64,000 bases of DNA, taken from NCBI RefSeq assembly GCF_009914755.1, contig NC_060929.1; one strand, written 5' to 3'. Source of the DNA: the human T2T-CHM13v2.0 reference genome, Homo sapiens. Below the pieces are notes generated by a model. It worked only from the letters and a program-made list of their open reading frames with translations, was not told the origin of the DNA and did not search any database. How positions within the stretch are numbered: position 1 is the first letter of the stretch; each line of letters begins with the position of its first letter. The translations under genes and the position numbers were made by a program. Of this stretch, positions 13,355 to 29,640 are shown piece after piece.

Positions 13355-13704
13355 TAGGGGCCCTGCACTGAACCATAAGCAACATCCAGAGATGGGAAGC
13401 ACCGGGGATGGGAAGATGCTGCTGCCTGAGCAGGGGCAGATGGAAGCTCAGAGATGGGGAGAGACCAGGGACAGGGGGGTCCAGGGACAGGGACAGGGAG
13501 GGGACGGGGACAGAACCAGGGTGCCCTCTCCCATGCCCCACCTGCACTCCACGAAGCTAAACCCATTTCGCCCTTGCTGTCCCTGCTGAAGACGGAGGCA
13601 GAGGCTCCTATACTCACTGAGGAATCTCAAGTTTAGGGACACCAGGTGGCAGGTTGTGCCAGGAAAGACATCAGTCAGGGACAGCACTGGCAGAGCTCAC
13701 CACA

Positions 13705-14520
13705 CCATGGAGTCCTCCTTCCACTCCCCTTCCATGGTCCTCCCTCCTCTCCCCCTCCATGGTCCTCACTCCTCTCCCCACTTGGAGTCCTCCCTCCTCT
13801 CCCTACTTGCAGTCCTCCCTCCTCTCTCCCAACCTGTGGTCCTCCCTCCTCTCCCCCATTCTGCAGCCCTCCCTCCTCTTCCTTTCCATGGTACTTCTTT
13901 TTCTCCCCCTCCACTGTCCTCCCTCCTTTCCACCCCCACAGTCGTTCCACTTCTCCCACCCTGCCCCCCTCCCTCCTTTCCCACACCCTGTGACCCTCCC
14001 TCCTCCCCACCATAGTCCTCCATCCTCTCCTCCTCCATGGTCCTCCCTCCTCTCCACCCCCACAGTGGTTCCTCCTCTCTCACAAGCTGTAGCCCTCCAT
14101 CCTCTCCCCACTATGGTCCTCCCTCCTCTTCCCTAACCCTGCAGCCATCTCTCCTCTTCACCCCTGCAATCCTCTCTCCTCCCCTCCACACAGTCCTCCC
14201 TCCTGTCCCCACTGTGGCCCTCCTTCCTCTTCCCCAACCTAAAGTCCTCCCTCCTCTTTCCCCTAAGGTCCTCCCTCCTCTCCTCCCCCAGAGTCCTCCC
14301 TCCTCTCCCCCAACCCTGCAGTTCTCCTTCCTCTTCCCTAACTCTGGAGTCCTCCCTCATCTCCCCCCTCCTCTCCTCCCCCACAGTCCTCCCTTCTCTC
14401 CCCTGACCCTGCGGCCCTCCCTTCCTCTCCCCTGGCCCTACAGTCCTCCCTCCTCTCTCTCCACCCTGCTGCCACCACTTCTCTCCCCCACACTTTCCCC
14501 CTTGCATCGAGCCTGCCTCC
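13705..14520. repeat. Pyrimidine-rich degenerate minisatellite (GTCCTCCCTCCTCTCCC core)
   Basis: Directly visible. Confidence 0.9.
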
Positions 14521-15389
14521 CCTTGCCTTAGAGTGAACCTGCCTCTTGTCCCCCTCCTCACTGTCAGTCCCGCCTGTGGTTTCTTCTTACTTTCGCAGTA
14601 CGTGGCTCTTCTTAGAAAATGTCAGTGTCCTACCTGAGACTTGGAGGAGACAGGCTCAGTCATGACCCCCCTTACAGAGTGGGATCCACTCACATTGAGC
14701 CCTGCAGTGGCATCCTCCAGAACTCCCTGACAGGGTGGCTGGGCCAGCAGAAATTGGCTGGCCTGGGAGCAAGTGACAGGGACCTTGGGCTGGACAAGGG
14801 GCTGAGGTGACTCCCTGAGGTCAGGAAGGAGTCACTGGGAGGAGAGAGCACAGGCCGAGGTCCAGACAAGAAGTGCCATGAGTTGGGTTGCACCAGCTAG
14901 GCTAGACAGGAGTCCTCAGTGCACAGACACTGTCAGGAAAGCCTCAGGGAGGCCTGGAGCCAGGGGAGGCACTGATCAGAGAGGTTCTGAGAGATTCTCA
15001 AGGCCTCCAAGAAAGGAACATGAGGCCCTGCACCACAGCATGAGCATGAGCTGTCCCTGGTTGGGCACCTGGGCAGTGGTCTGTGCTTCACCTAGACAAA
15101 GAAATGACAGTCAAGGAACAGATGCTAGGGGAGGAAACAGAGCTGACCAGAGGTTACCTGGGCACAAGAGGAATCTGGAAGAGCGCACACCTGCTGAGCA
15201 AACCTAAGGCAGTGACATCAGGGTGGAAAAAAGAATACATATGCTTATTGTTAGTGTTCACCAAAAAAGGTTCACAGTGCGTTGCTCTAAAGCTCAGTTA
15301 GCTTCTCTAACACAAGGTAGATACAGTGTGAAGTGCCAAAACTCAGTTTCCATAAAACTTTTTACAAGCATGTAAGTTCCTTATTGACT

Positions 15390-18200
<2,811 letters not shown>

Positions 18201-18219
18201 TTCACCACAATGAAACAAT

Positions 18220-19030
18220 TGAAAATGCACATCTGATAAAGGGCTTGTATATAGAATATATACGGTCTCAAAACTCAGTAATAAGAAAACAACCCAATAA
18301 AATATGGGAAAGGATTTGAGTACTCTTCACTGAAGATGATACACAGATGGCAAATAAGCACATAAAAATATGCCTAACGTCATTAATCACTGGGGAAATG
18401 CAACTGAAAACCAAAATGAAACACACAAAAACAGTAACAAAGCTTGACAGTAACAAATGCTTGGTATTGCTGATGGAAATGCAAAATGGTACAGCCACTC
18501 TGGAAAATACTTACTTATCACATGAGCCAGAAATCCCACTCCTAGATATTTATCCAAGAGAAATGAAAACTTGTGTTCACACAATATTTATAGTGACTTT
18601 ACCCATGATTGCCAAAAACTGGAAACAACCCAGTTATCCTTCAGCTGGTGAATGGATGAACAGATTGTGGTGAGGCATACCGTGGAATACTGCTCAGCAA
18701 AACAGAGGAACAAACCGTTGATCTCCACAACAGGGATGAGTTCCCAATGCACAATGCTAAGTGAGAGAGGCCACTCCTGCCTGAGTCTATTTATGTCTAG
18801 AAAAGGCAAGTCGGTGGAGACGAAAGCAGGTCAGTGGTTGCCAGGGGCTGGGCATAGGAGAGGGCTTGGCTACGAAGAGGCACAAGAGAATTTTGGGGTT
18901 GCTTAACAGTTCTTTGTCTTGATGGTGGTGATGGTTACATGACTATGCTTTCATCAAAACTTATAGAACTATTCACTAAAAAGGGTGAATTTTATTGTAT
19001 GTAAATTATACCTCGATAAACCTGATTACA
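18220..19030 (+). mobile_element. Ancient L1M 3'-end fragment
   Basis: atctgataaagggcttgtat...aaaactggaaacaaccc...gggtgaattttattgtatgtaaattatacctc. Confidence 0.7.
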
Positions 19031-19208
19031 TTAAAAATTCATAAGGGCAAATAATTTACATTTCAGGGCAAAGTCAGCCATGTTTTATGCACTGTAGGCA
19101 CTCTGGGAAACTATGACAGAAGTAGTACCACTCAAAATTGGGCAATTCTATTAATGAAGTTAAAAATTAGAAAGCTAATCAGTAATATTTATTTCTTATT
19201 TATTTCAG

Positions 19209-19295
19209 AACAACACATCTCCTATAATTCATAGTATCTTGCTGTTGGTAGATAAAGAATCTGCATTTAGGCCTGACAAGGATGCAATAATTCAG
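19209..19295 (+). CDS. PLEKHG4B: PLEKHG4B coding exon, 87 nt
   Basis: tttatttcag| NNTSPIIHSILLLVDKESAFRPDKDAIIQ |gtaatg, phase 0-0; fills the gap in the Sec14 domain. Confidence 0.88.
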
Positions 19296-19901
19296 GTAAT
19301 GGTTTAGACTGTGGGATCCTGAGTGATGGATAAAATTAAACATTAAGGCACCTAGATGAGATGAAACACATGAAGGAATTTAGATAAGTTCTAATTGCAT
19401 CCATGTGGGAGCCTGGAAACCTACTTCCTACCCCGTAAGTTCTTGCAGGAGTCCTGCAGAGTATGCCATGAAAAACTTAAAAATGTGACCTTTCTTCTCC
19501 ACCTCATATGGTTTCTTTCCTTCTCTTTCTTTGTATCTTCCTCTTTTATCTGAAAACATCTTCTTCATTTGGCCTCATTCTGAAAGGGTATTTTTGTTAC
19601 ATCTAGAATTCTGGTTTGAGAGGAGTTCTCCTTTTCCCCTCAGCACTTTAAAGATACTGCTCTGTTGCCTTCTGGCCTCCATAATTTTAGAAGAAAAGTT
19701 CATCATAATTCAGATCATTGTTCATCTCTATGAAGTGTGTTAATTTTCCTTTGGCTGTTTCCAAGGTACTTCCTTTCTTTTGAGCAAATCGCAATGCGAG
19801 CGGGCTTGGTTTTCTTCATTATCCAGTTTAGGCTTGAACGTTAAATTTGTGAATTCATGTCTATCACCACCTTTAGGACCTTTTTAGCCATTCTTTCTGT
19901 C

Positions 19902-20206
19902 TTTTTTTTTTTTTTTCCTTTCCTGAGACAGCATCTAGCTCTGTCACCCAGGTTGGAGTGTGGTTGTGCAATCAGAGCTTACTGTAATCTCAAACTCCTG
20001 GGCTCAAGAGATTCTCCCACCTCAGCCTCCTGAGTAACTGGGACTGAAGGTGTGCACCCCCATGCCAAGCTACTTTTTTTTTTTTTTTAAGAGACAGGTT
20101 CTTGCTATGTTGCCTAGGCTGGAATCGAAGTCCCGGCCTTAGGCAGTCCTCCCACCTTGGCCTCCCAAAGCTCTGGGATTGTAGGCCTGAGCCACAGTAC
20201 CTGGCC
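19902..20206 (-). mobile_element. AluJ-type element
   Basis: Antisense Alu with poly-T. Confidence 0.9.
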
Positions 20207-20412
20207 TAGTTCTTAAAAACTTTTTTCCTGCTTTATTCTCTCTCTCTTTCTAGTACTTCAATTGCGTATACCAGTATTGTCCCGCAGATCTCTAAGAATC
20301 TGTCTTTTTTAACTTTTTTCCTCTCTAGTCTTCATATCAGGTTGTTCCCATTGATCCTGTCCTTAGGGTCACTGGCTCCTTACTCTGTCATCTCTTCAGC
20401 TGTTAAACTCAC

Positions 20413-20766
20413 TAATGTGGCTTGGCTCTGTGTCCCCACACAAATCTCCTCTCAAATTTTAATCCCCACGTGTGGAGGGAGAGACCTGGTGGGAGGTGAC
20501 TAGATCATGGGGGCAGATGCTGTTCTTCTGATAGTGAGTGAGTTCTCATGAGAGCTGATGGTTTTAAAGTGTGGCCCTTCCTTACTCTGTCTCTTGCCTG
20601 TACCATGTAAGATGTGTCTTGCTTCTCCTTTGCCTTCTGCCATGATTGTAAGTTTCCTAAGGCCTCCCCAGCCATGCAAAACTGTGAGTCAATTAAACCT
20701 CTTTCCTTTATAAATTACCCAGTCTCAGGTAGTATCTTTACAGCAGTGTGAAAACAGACTAATACA
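20413..20766 (+). mobile_element. MaLR solo LTR (THE1D/MST-like)
   Basis: tggctctgtgtcccca...gagtcaattaaacctctttcctttataaattacccagtctcagg...gactaataca, with THE1-type termini. Confidence 0.85.
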
Positions 20767-21389
20767 TTTACCCAGTGAATGTTTTAGTTCAAATATTGTA
20801 TTTTTCAGCTATAAGATTTCCAATGGATTTTAAAATATATTTTCTACATCTCTCCTGAGTTTTCCTCTCCTTTCATAAATTGCAAGCATTTTTCCTTTAC
20901 CTCATTGAGCACAGTTTTAATGGCTGCTTTGAAGTCCTTGTCTAATAATTCCAACATCTGGGTCATCTCTGGGTTGGCCTCTGCTGATTGTCTTTCCCTG
21001 GAGAATAGGTCCCATTTTCTGATTCATGATGTGTCACATAATCCTGGACATTGTGAATATTCTGCTGGGGAGACTGGATTCTGGTATAGACTCACAGTGT
21101 TGTTCTAGTGTGCACGTAACGTGGTTAGACTCCAACCGGCAGCTCTGTGTCACCCACAGTGGGTTCAGTTTAATTCTGAGTCTTCCCCCATGTATGCACG
21201 GTTCAGGGTCAGCCAGAGACCTGGGCAGAGTTTACACACATACCGCGGGGCTTCTTCCACAGCTGCCGCCTTCTGGGAATCCACTTTCACTTTCCAGTGG
21301 TGTGGCCACCCCACCCCGTCCTCTGTTTCTTCTTTCTTCAGGCAAGAAAGATGCCCATTTTCTTATTGTTTTTATATTTTATTTATGTT

Positions 21390-21998
<609 letters not shown>

Positions 21999-22570
21999 CC
22001 CTTCCCTTTCTTTTTCTTTTTCTTTTTTTTACAAAGCCACCTGCTGTCAAAAGGATGCCTGTTTTCTGTTGGAGCTCAGCCACTCCCACACGCGGGCAGC
22101 GGCCCTGAGGACGGAGCCACTGTGGGAACTCGCCCCTGCTGGCCCCGCATGCATCAGGTGCCCCAACAATGAGCCTGACTTGGCTCGGCTGCCAGGGCTT
22201 TCAGGAAACTCTCCTTATATTTTGTCCAGAGTTTGTGGGTTTTATCTGAGAAGGGCCACCTCTGCCACACCAGAAGGAGAAGAGCCTTGACTCATTCTTT
22301 CCCTTTTCCTTCCTCCCTTTTTTTTTTTTTTTTTTTTGGTTTTTCTTCACTGAGGCCTTTCCTTCACTTGTCTTAGCTCCCTTCTTTCCCGTCTTCTCGC
22401 TTTCATTACTGCACCCAGACCCGTGCTATTATCAGTGCTTCCAGCAAAGCAGGGGCGATACTCCTTGAGCCAGCCTCTCCATCCTCTGAACCCAGGAATG
22501 AGCCATTTACAGTGTTTGCCCCCAAGAGATGCATCTGGAGCCATGACCAACGAGTGCCTCTTCTTGGCAG

Positions 22571-22687
22571 TGTGAGGTCGTGAGCTCCCTGAAGGCCGTG
22601 CACAAATTTGTTGACAGCTGCCAGCTGACCGCAGACCTCGACGGCTCCTTTCCCTACAGCCATGGTGACTGGATCTGCTTCCGTCAG
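22571..22687 (+). CDS. PLEKHG4B: PLEKHG4B coding exon, 117 nt (end of the Sec14-like domain)
   Basis: ttcttggcag| CEVVSSLKAVHKFVDSCQLTADLDGSFPYSHGDWICFRQ |gtaggt; QLT.DL.G...Y.H..WI motif of Trio/MCF2L/SESTD1-type Sec14 domains. Confidence 0.95.
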
Positions 22688-23040
22688 GTAGGTTCAGCCT
22701 GCAGCTGCTGCACATGCGACAGTCTCTGGGGACTTTCTGTTATGTGGTTGTTTTTACTAGAATTTGAAAAGGGCATCACCGTCCCTGATCTGATGCTTGT
22801 TACAGTCGCCGTTCAGGTCTTCGTGTCTACACAACCACGCCGTGGTGCATCTGAGAATGCCGAGCCCGGGTGGGAAGGGCACTGCCGCCCCGGAAGTGTC
22901 TGTAGATCTCAGGGATCTTCACATATGGAAGCTTCCCAACCCGAGATCGGTCTAAATGCAGAAACTGGAACTCACAGCTGCTTACTTTAGCATTTAACAG
23001 ACTGTGTTCTTATAATCTCCTCCCTCTCAACTCACAACAG

Positions 23041-23139
23041 AGGCTGGAACACTTCGCTGCAAACTGTGAAGAAGCCATCATTTTCCTACAGAATTCATTC
23101 TGCTCCCTGAACACCCACAGAACCCCAAGAACAGCCCAG
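23041..23139 (+). CDS. PLEKHG4B: PLEKHG4B coding exon, 99 nt
   Basis: caacag| RLEHFAANCEEAIIFLQ...TAQ |gtgagt. Confidence 0.93.
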
Positions 23140-23766
23140 GTGAGTCCTCAGACTTGCAGGTAAGTTCATTTCATGTGACAGGTAGGTGGGGGCATAAAGG
23201 TTAGCCAAACTTGAAAATAAATATTTGGTTCACTATCATCTGTAGCAGAGACCTTCAAATCCTTTTTCATTTGTAGATCCCTCTTAATTCAGAAAAGGCC
23301 ATTTCCTCCCCTTTGTCACCAAAAACATCCCACCCGACCCAGAAGGAAAACCGTGCCACAGCATTTGATGATATGCAACAGGTGTGAGCGGCAACCGCTG
23401 CTCGGAACGAGCCATTCCAACAAGACACAGAGGCGAACTGGCCACAGGGCTCTTGACAGCCCAGCCGCCAGGTCTAGGGGCCCAGAGTCTGTGAGTGAGG
23501 TCTGCATGTCTGTCCCTGGTCTAAATGGCAGGTTCACCTCCTACAGCTGAGCTTTGAGCCCCCTTCTTCTCCCTCCCAGGGATCTTATCCTGGGGCCCAC
23601 CCTCCCTGGGACAGTCCGGACCATCAGCTTGAGGAGTGGGCACTGTCATGCCGCCAGGCCTGCAGCTTGATTTATGGAAACAGGACATTCCTGCCACTGT
23701 CACACTTGGGAGGACCTGCCCCTTGGAGGAGGGAGTTAAAGGCTTATTCCTCCCCATCCCGTGCAG

Positions 23767-23906
23767 GAAGTCGCCGAGTTAATTGACCAGCATGAGACGA
23801 TGATGAAGCTTGTCCTGGAAGACCCACTGCTTGTGTCTCTCAGGCTGGAGGGGGGCACCGTCCTGGCGCGGCTGAGGAGAGAAGAGCTTGGCACAGAAGA
23901 CAGCCG
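23767..23906 (+). CDS. PLEKHG4B: PLEKHG4B coding exon, 140 nt (spectrin-like helices)
   Basis: gtgcag| EVAELIDQHETMMKLVLEDPLLVSLRLEGGTVLARLRREE...SR |gtgagc. Confidence 0.93.
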
Positions 23907-24468
23907 GTGAGCGCTCACAGGGGTCATGCTGGGCCCTGGCCCATCGAGGGAGCTGCTCGGGGGAGTTTGCACCAGGAGGCGTAGCGCTCTGCTCCAAGGA
24001 GAGCCCCCTCTGTGCTTGGTCCAGACCTCCATTCTGACAGCCACGCTTTGCCTGGGTCAGAGCTTTTCCACATTTACAGGCTCCAAAGATCAAGGAGCCA
24101 GCTTCTGGGGATGCTCGGCAGGAGGTGGTCAGAGTGCATCAGAATGAGCTCATTCTTGACCAGTGCTGCCTGGGGAGCTGTGCCCACCCCCAGCAGTCCC
24201 TGTCCATCTCAGCTGCACACAGCCAGTCCCGCCTAAGCTGCCCCACCTGGGTCCCCTCCAGGCACCTGCAACCCAGGCCGGCCAGGATGTTGGCAGAACG
24301 CATGGAGCACATCTGTGCCCCGCCTCGGTTGTGGGCCTCCTCCTGGGGCTCCCGTTGCCTTGTGGCATGAGGGAATGGAAAGAGCAGGGTTTTTATATGG
24401 GGTTGTCACCAAGAGCAGATTCCTCAAGGGGCCGCCTGGAAGCCTGAGGACTGCCTTCTCTTCCTCAG

Positions 24469-24607
24469 GGACACCCTGGAGGCCGCCACAAGCCTGTACG
24501 ACCGAGTGGATGAGGAGGTGCACAGGCTGGTCCTCACCTCGAACAATCGTCTCCAGCAGCTGGAGCACCTCCGGGAGCTGGCGTCACTCCTGGAAGGGAA
24601 TGACCAG
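24469..24607 (+). CDS. PLEKHG4B: PLEKHG4B coding exon, 139 nt (spectrin-like helix)
   Basis: ttcctcag| DTLEAATSLYDRVDEEVHRLVLTSNNRLQQLE...NDQ |gtcaga. Confidence 0.93.
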
Positions 24608-25834
24608 GTCAGAGCTGCAGGAGGAAGGCGGCCCGGTCAGCATCCCCTCCAGGCCAGGCTGGCCAAGGCAACCCTCTCACCTTCACACTGTGTCTTTAGG
24701 GCCTTGATCTGATTTCCATTTGGAATGAAATTATGTCAGGATAGGGCATGCCTTGCTGCTTGTGTAAAAAGAAATAAATTTTATTTTTTACGTGAGAGAT
24801 ACTGGATCAGTGGAGAAAAAAAATTTGTTTAATCCAGAGGAGGCCAGGGAGAAAAATAATTTCACACTGTGCCTTCTGATGCTACCAGTGTGAATAGCTG
24901 GGTGTATCTTCCGGACGCTTTCTCCATGTGCATGCGTACACAGTGACTGAGAAGCCGAGGTGAAACCGACACAGGTAGAGAGAGTCTGGGCCAAGGTTGA
25001 GGACGGCAGCCTGGGAAACACCTCCAGATGACCTCAAGAAGTGGCTCTGGAGGCCAGGGAGAGGCTCAAGGTTTTAAAGAAAAGAGGACAAATCGGGAGG
25101 GGGTGATGACGGAAGTGGCTTTTCATGAATTCTCTGGGTCACAGAAATGGCATTGGTGGGGGTTGGCCACACGCTGCTGGACTACAGGGTGTGAGTTGTG
25201 CACAGTGTGTGGCGTGGCTGGGGTTATTGATGGCCCTTGGTGGACACACTGCAGAATCTGGGGTCCATATAGCAGTGGCTCTGAAATGATTGCTTAGCTC
25301 GGGGGGCACCAGCGAAATGATTGCTTAGCTCAGGGGTGCAGATGATGCTGCTGCCTCATTTTGATGCCCCTCTGGGCCTGACAGTTTAAGGGGTGCACAC
25401 TCAGATAAAAAGTTTCTTTCTTTTCTCACATATAAACTCTTCAAAACTTGCACATTTTTATATAAATCCTTATTATTTTATCAACAACTATTGCTGCGAT
25501 GAATGTGCGGGTGAAAGAGCCAGCAGCATGGAGAGGCAGCAGTGGGGTGGAGGCATCCCCAGCCCTCCTGTCTGCTGGCAAAGCTCCCCCGGCCTTCAGG
25601 TCCATGCGCGTGCCCTCACGGGGGCCTCCAGACAAAGACGTGCAGCAGGGACGCGAGGCACTGTGCATGCTCCTGGCCTCCCCACGACTGACCCCAGCTC
25701 CCAAATATTGGCCAGGGGCCCAGCTGGTCCAATCCCTGGGGCAGGAACAGGAACCCCACACCAGGCAAGTGGAGTCCAGGCCAAGCTGCAGCCACCAGCC
25801 AGTCCGGGCTGTCTCCAGTCTGTGCCCTCTGTCC

Positions 25835-26520
25835 TGGGGGTCTCCTCCATCTCCCCTCCTCCCTCTGCTCTATCCTGGCTCCATCTCCCCTCCTCCCCCT
25901 GCCCATCCTGGGGGTCTCCCCCATCTTCCCCTCCTCCCCCTGCCCATCCTGGGGGTCTCCTCCATCTCCTCTCCTCCCTCTGCCCATCCTGGGGGTCTCC
26001 TCCATCTCCTCTCCTCCCTCTGCCCATCCTGGGGGTCTCCTCCATCTCCTGTCCTCCCTCTGCCCATCCTGGGGGTCTCCTCCATCTCCTCTCCTCTCTC
26101 TGCCCATCCTGGGGGTCTCCTCCTTCTCCTCTCCTCCCTCTGCCCGTCCTGGGAGTCTCCCCCATCTCTCCTCCCACTGCCTATTCTGGGGGTCTCCCCT
26201 ATCTCCCCTCCTCCCTCTGCCCATCCCAGGGGGTCTCCCCCATCTCCCCCTCCTCCCTCTGCCCGTCCTGGGAGTCTCCTTCATCTTCCCCTCCTCGTTC
26301 TACTCCGTCCTTGGGGGGGTCTCCCCCATCTCCCCTCCTCCCTCTGCCCATCCTGGGGGATCTCCCCCATCTCCCCTTCCTCCCTCTGCCTGTCCTGGGG
26401 GGTCTCCTTCGTCTTCCCTTCCTCGTTCTACTCCTTCCTGGGGTGTCTCCCCCATCTCCCCTCCTCCCTCTGCTCTTCCTGGGGTCTCCTCCATCTCCCT
26501 CCCCACTCTGCCCCATCCTG
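25835..26520. repeat. ~40-bp minisatellite (CCATCCTGGGGGTCTCCTCCATCTCCTCTCCTCCCTCTGC)
   Basis: Directly visible; homogeneous core at 25940-26140 with decayed edges. Confidence 0.92.
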
Positions 26521-26818
26521 TGGTCTCCTATTTCCTGTATCCAAGTCTTCCTCTTTTTTCATTTACTTTGGCGTTTTATGCAGAATAACTTCCAGGACTT
26601 CCCAGAGAAAGGGATCTTGGGGTGAGCATTTTTGAGGCCGTGGTATCTAAAAGCATCTCTACTCCACCTTCATGGCCAGCAGTCACTTTAGTTTCCCTTC
26701 GCCAGCTGGAAGGCCCTGCGCCTGTGCTTAGCTTCCATCCCACTCCCAGCCTTCTGCCTGTGCCCTGCTTCTCGGTGGAAGCCACAGACTTTCCTGTCGT
26801 CCTCGGGGCTCTGGAATC

Positions 26819-27017
26819 TGAGGGTTGCCCAGGTGCGCTGAGGGCAGGTGTGCCCGAGGGTCACCCAGGTGCACTGAGAGCAGGTGTGCCTGAGGGTGGC
26901 CCAGGTGTGCCTGAGGGTCGCCCAGGTGCACTGAGGGCAGGTGTGCCTGAGGGTCGCCCAGGTGCACTGAGGGCAGGTGTGCCTGAGGGTCGCCCAGGTG
27001 CACCGAGGGCAGGTGTG
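26819..27017. repeat. 36-bp tandem repeat, ~5.5 copies (GAGGGTCGCCCAGGTGCACTGAGGGCAGGTGTGCCT)
   Basis: Directly visible. Confidence 0.92.
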
Positions 27018-29278
27018 CTCTTTGTGTCTGCACTGCGCCCCTCTGTTCTGGGAATTCTGTGACATCCTTCGTGGCGCTCGCATTTCCCACAGCTCCACAC
27101 TTCCATCTGGTTCTGGAGTTTTCTGTCCTGTTGCCTTAATTTTCCCCACCCCTGGCTGTGTGCTGTCCTTGTAAGGTAGATTTTTCTCAGCTTTACCCTC
27201 TAACTCTATTATTGAGTTTTTTGTTTCTGCTCTTGCTTTTTAACTCCATGGGCTTATTTTCTGAACAGTCCCCTCTCCATACTAATCATGATGAGTCTGC
27301 ACAGTCTGTGGCTTCTGTGGGTTTGTTCTGGCGCCAGAGGCTTTCCTGGCGACCCCTGGCTAGGAAGCCTGTGGCCCACGCATCTTTAGCATTTTCTCCC
27401 TGGCGGTCTGATTCTTTTCCTCTAATCCCGGCCTGAAAGGAGAGCCTGGCCGTAGCTCAGTGTTCACCTGCCAGGGAACAGACCCTGGGCCCTGTGGAGC
27501 AGGGTGCCCAGCTCCTTCCCTCCGACACTCCCTCACCCTGTCCTGTGGAGTCTCGGGACTTGGCCTCTGCTCTCCTCAGGCCCTGCCACTCCCGCTTCCT
27601 TCCCGGCCTCCAGGTTTGTGCCCTGGCTGCTCTCTGCCCACCGTGCTGAGTGTTACGCCTTGGAAGATGCTTGCAGGGCTTTAGTGGTGTCTCAAGAGGA
27701 CACGTCTCACTCTGCAGTCTTCACCCAGAAACTCCACGTTGTGACCGGACAGGCGATCCTGCTATGTATAGGTGCACGTCTGTCTCTATATATTTAACCT
27801 AAAAAGTGCATGCACACTGTGGGAAAATTAGAAACAAATAGATTTTTACACACGGGATGCCGCATGTGGCGGCCTCGGCACCCTGTGTGTGGGCATGCGC
27901 TGCAAGCTCAGTCCCCGAGCCATGTTCACACGGCTCCCACACTGAAGGCCCTGGGCTCCTCCCCTCTCTGCTGTTAGAAACTCCCCATGTTGAACATCTC
28001 TGTGTCTCTGCTTCCTTCACAGCCTGTGGGTGTTGACTCTGGATACATTCCTAGGCTCGGATGGCTGCGGTCAGACCATTTGTTTTTGGAGGTTTCCACG
28101 CATAAGCCGTGGCACTCCAGCCGCACCTGCCTCCCGCCGGCTGCCCCGTGGGGAAATGGAGCCCCTAAACAGTGTGCCCTCAGATTTTCTATGCGACAGC
28201 TGGACATTCTCTTCACACGTTTATTATTTTTATTTCTGTAGTGAATTACTTGTTCATGCTTTAGACAGTTTTTCTAGGGTTGATCATCACTTCTGTCTAT
28301 GTTATATGGATCCTTCATGTTCTGCTTGTTTTCCTAGTTTGTCATTTGCCCTCTAGCTTTGCTTATCTTTTAAACAGCCCTTTCTACCTTAAGTTATAGA
28401 ATTATTAGTGTATTTCATCATAGAACCTTTATGACTTGAATTTTTGTATTTAAATCTTGAAACCAATGACAGCCGATTTTTCCACAAAGTTGGAGGCCAG
28501 GCTCCAGCTCTGCGCCACCCCCACTCTGCTCTGCCGAAGCCGCACCTGCCCCTTGCCTGGCAGTTGCAAGACTCTGCCCGTGCTCCTAAGAATCAAGATG
28601 CTGTGATTTTCTTCTTGACTCTGGCTCTGTTTACAGACAGCGTATGTGCTGGTCTGTCTCTCCTCTGCTGCATGTCTGGGGTCATTCGGTACCTTCTGAT
28701 GGTCATGGATCCAGGCAGCTGTTCTCTTCTTCACAACAGGCCTCTCATCTCTGGGCATCTGACCCCTAGTCGCCCCTGGTGTTGCTGTTTAACGACAACA
28801 TGAAGGGCTTACCTCTGACATTTCCACTGAATCCAGCAGTAAATGCCTCCAAAATAAGAACCTTGGTCTTGTCACCAGGGCGCGTAGCCACAGGCGCTCC
28901 GTCCAGCAGGGCTCAGCCAGGGGCTCCCCCATCTTTCCCAGGCAGCCTCAAGGGGCCAAGCAGCCACTGGCCTGAAGAATATTTCTGGAATATGCTTACC
29001 ATATTAACCAGTTTCAAAATGGAAAGTCCTGGATCTATTGTTCAATGATTTTAATGTCCTTTTCCAAACAATGAAAATAGTTTGGAGCTTGAGCCTCAGA
29101 GGCCCGTGCCACCTCTCATCAGTCGTGTTCATTCACGGGTGGTTACGCAGCCAGGCTGTCAGCCCTGTGCAGCGTGTACTCAGGACATGACCAAGACGCA
29201 TCCCTCCCTCGGTCCTGCTAAATCCTAGAGTGTGACTTCTTCGCATGTTTAAATATAAAATGTTCTTCCCCTGTGTAG

Positions 29279-29386
29279 ATCAAATCATAGTTTGGAAAAG
29301 AACTAGAGAAATGCCTCGGTCCTTTGGTGCCTGCTCTCGAGAATGAGAGGCAGCAGCAGGCAGCACTGTGGGCCGTCCGAGCCTTG
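29279..29386 (+). pseudogene. Putative dead (pseudo)exon of PLEKHG4B, spectrin helix A/B, with in-frame TAG
   Basis: ttcttcccctgtgtag| ATC AAA TCA TAG TTT GGA AAA GAA CTA GAG AAA TGC CTC...GCC TTG |gtgcca. 108 nt, phase 0-0, reads IKS*FGKELEKCLGPL... Confidence 0.5.
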
Positions 29387-29478
29387 GTGCCAGTGGCTAC
29401 ACGCAGACCCAGCCCACACCTGGAGACATGAACGTGGAAGCACCGGGCTTGTACTGATGCTTTGTTCCTTGGGTACAG

Positions 29479-29640
29479 CAATCCTGCCAGAAAGGACTAC
29501 AGCTGGCGAAGGAGAACCCGCAACGTACAGAGGAAATGGTCCAGGATTTCAGAAGGGGCCTGAGCGCCGTGGTCAGCCAGGCTGAGTGCAGGGAGGGAGA
29601 GCTGGCCAGGTGGACCCGCTCGTCCGAGTTGTGCGAGACG
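29479..29640 (+). CDS. PLEKHG4B: PLEKHG4B coding exon, 162 nt
   Basis: gggtacag| QSCQKGLQLAKENPQRTEEMVQDFRRGLSAVV...LCET |gtaaga, phase 0-0. Confidence 0.88.

Noticed and set aside
25393-26635. 410-aa and 378-aa ORFs
   Set aside because: They arise from the 40-bp minisatellite and are low complexity.
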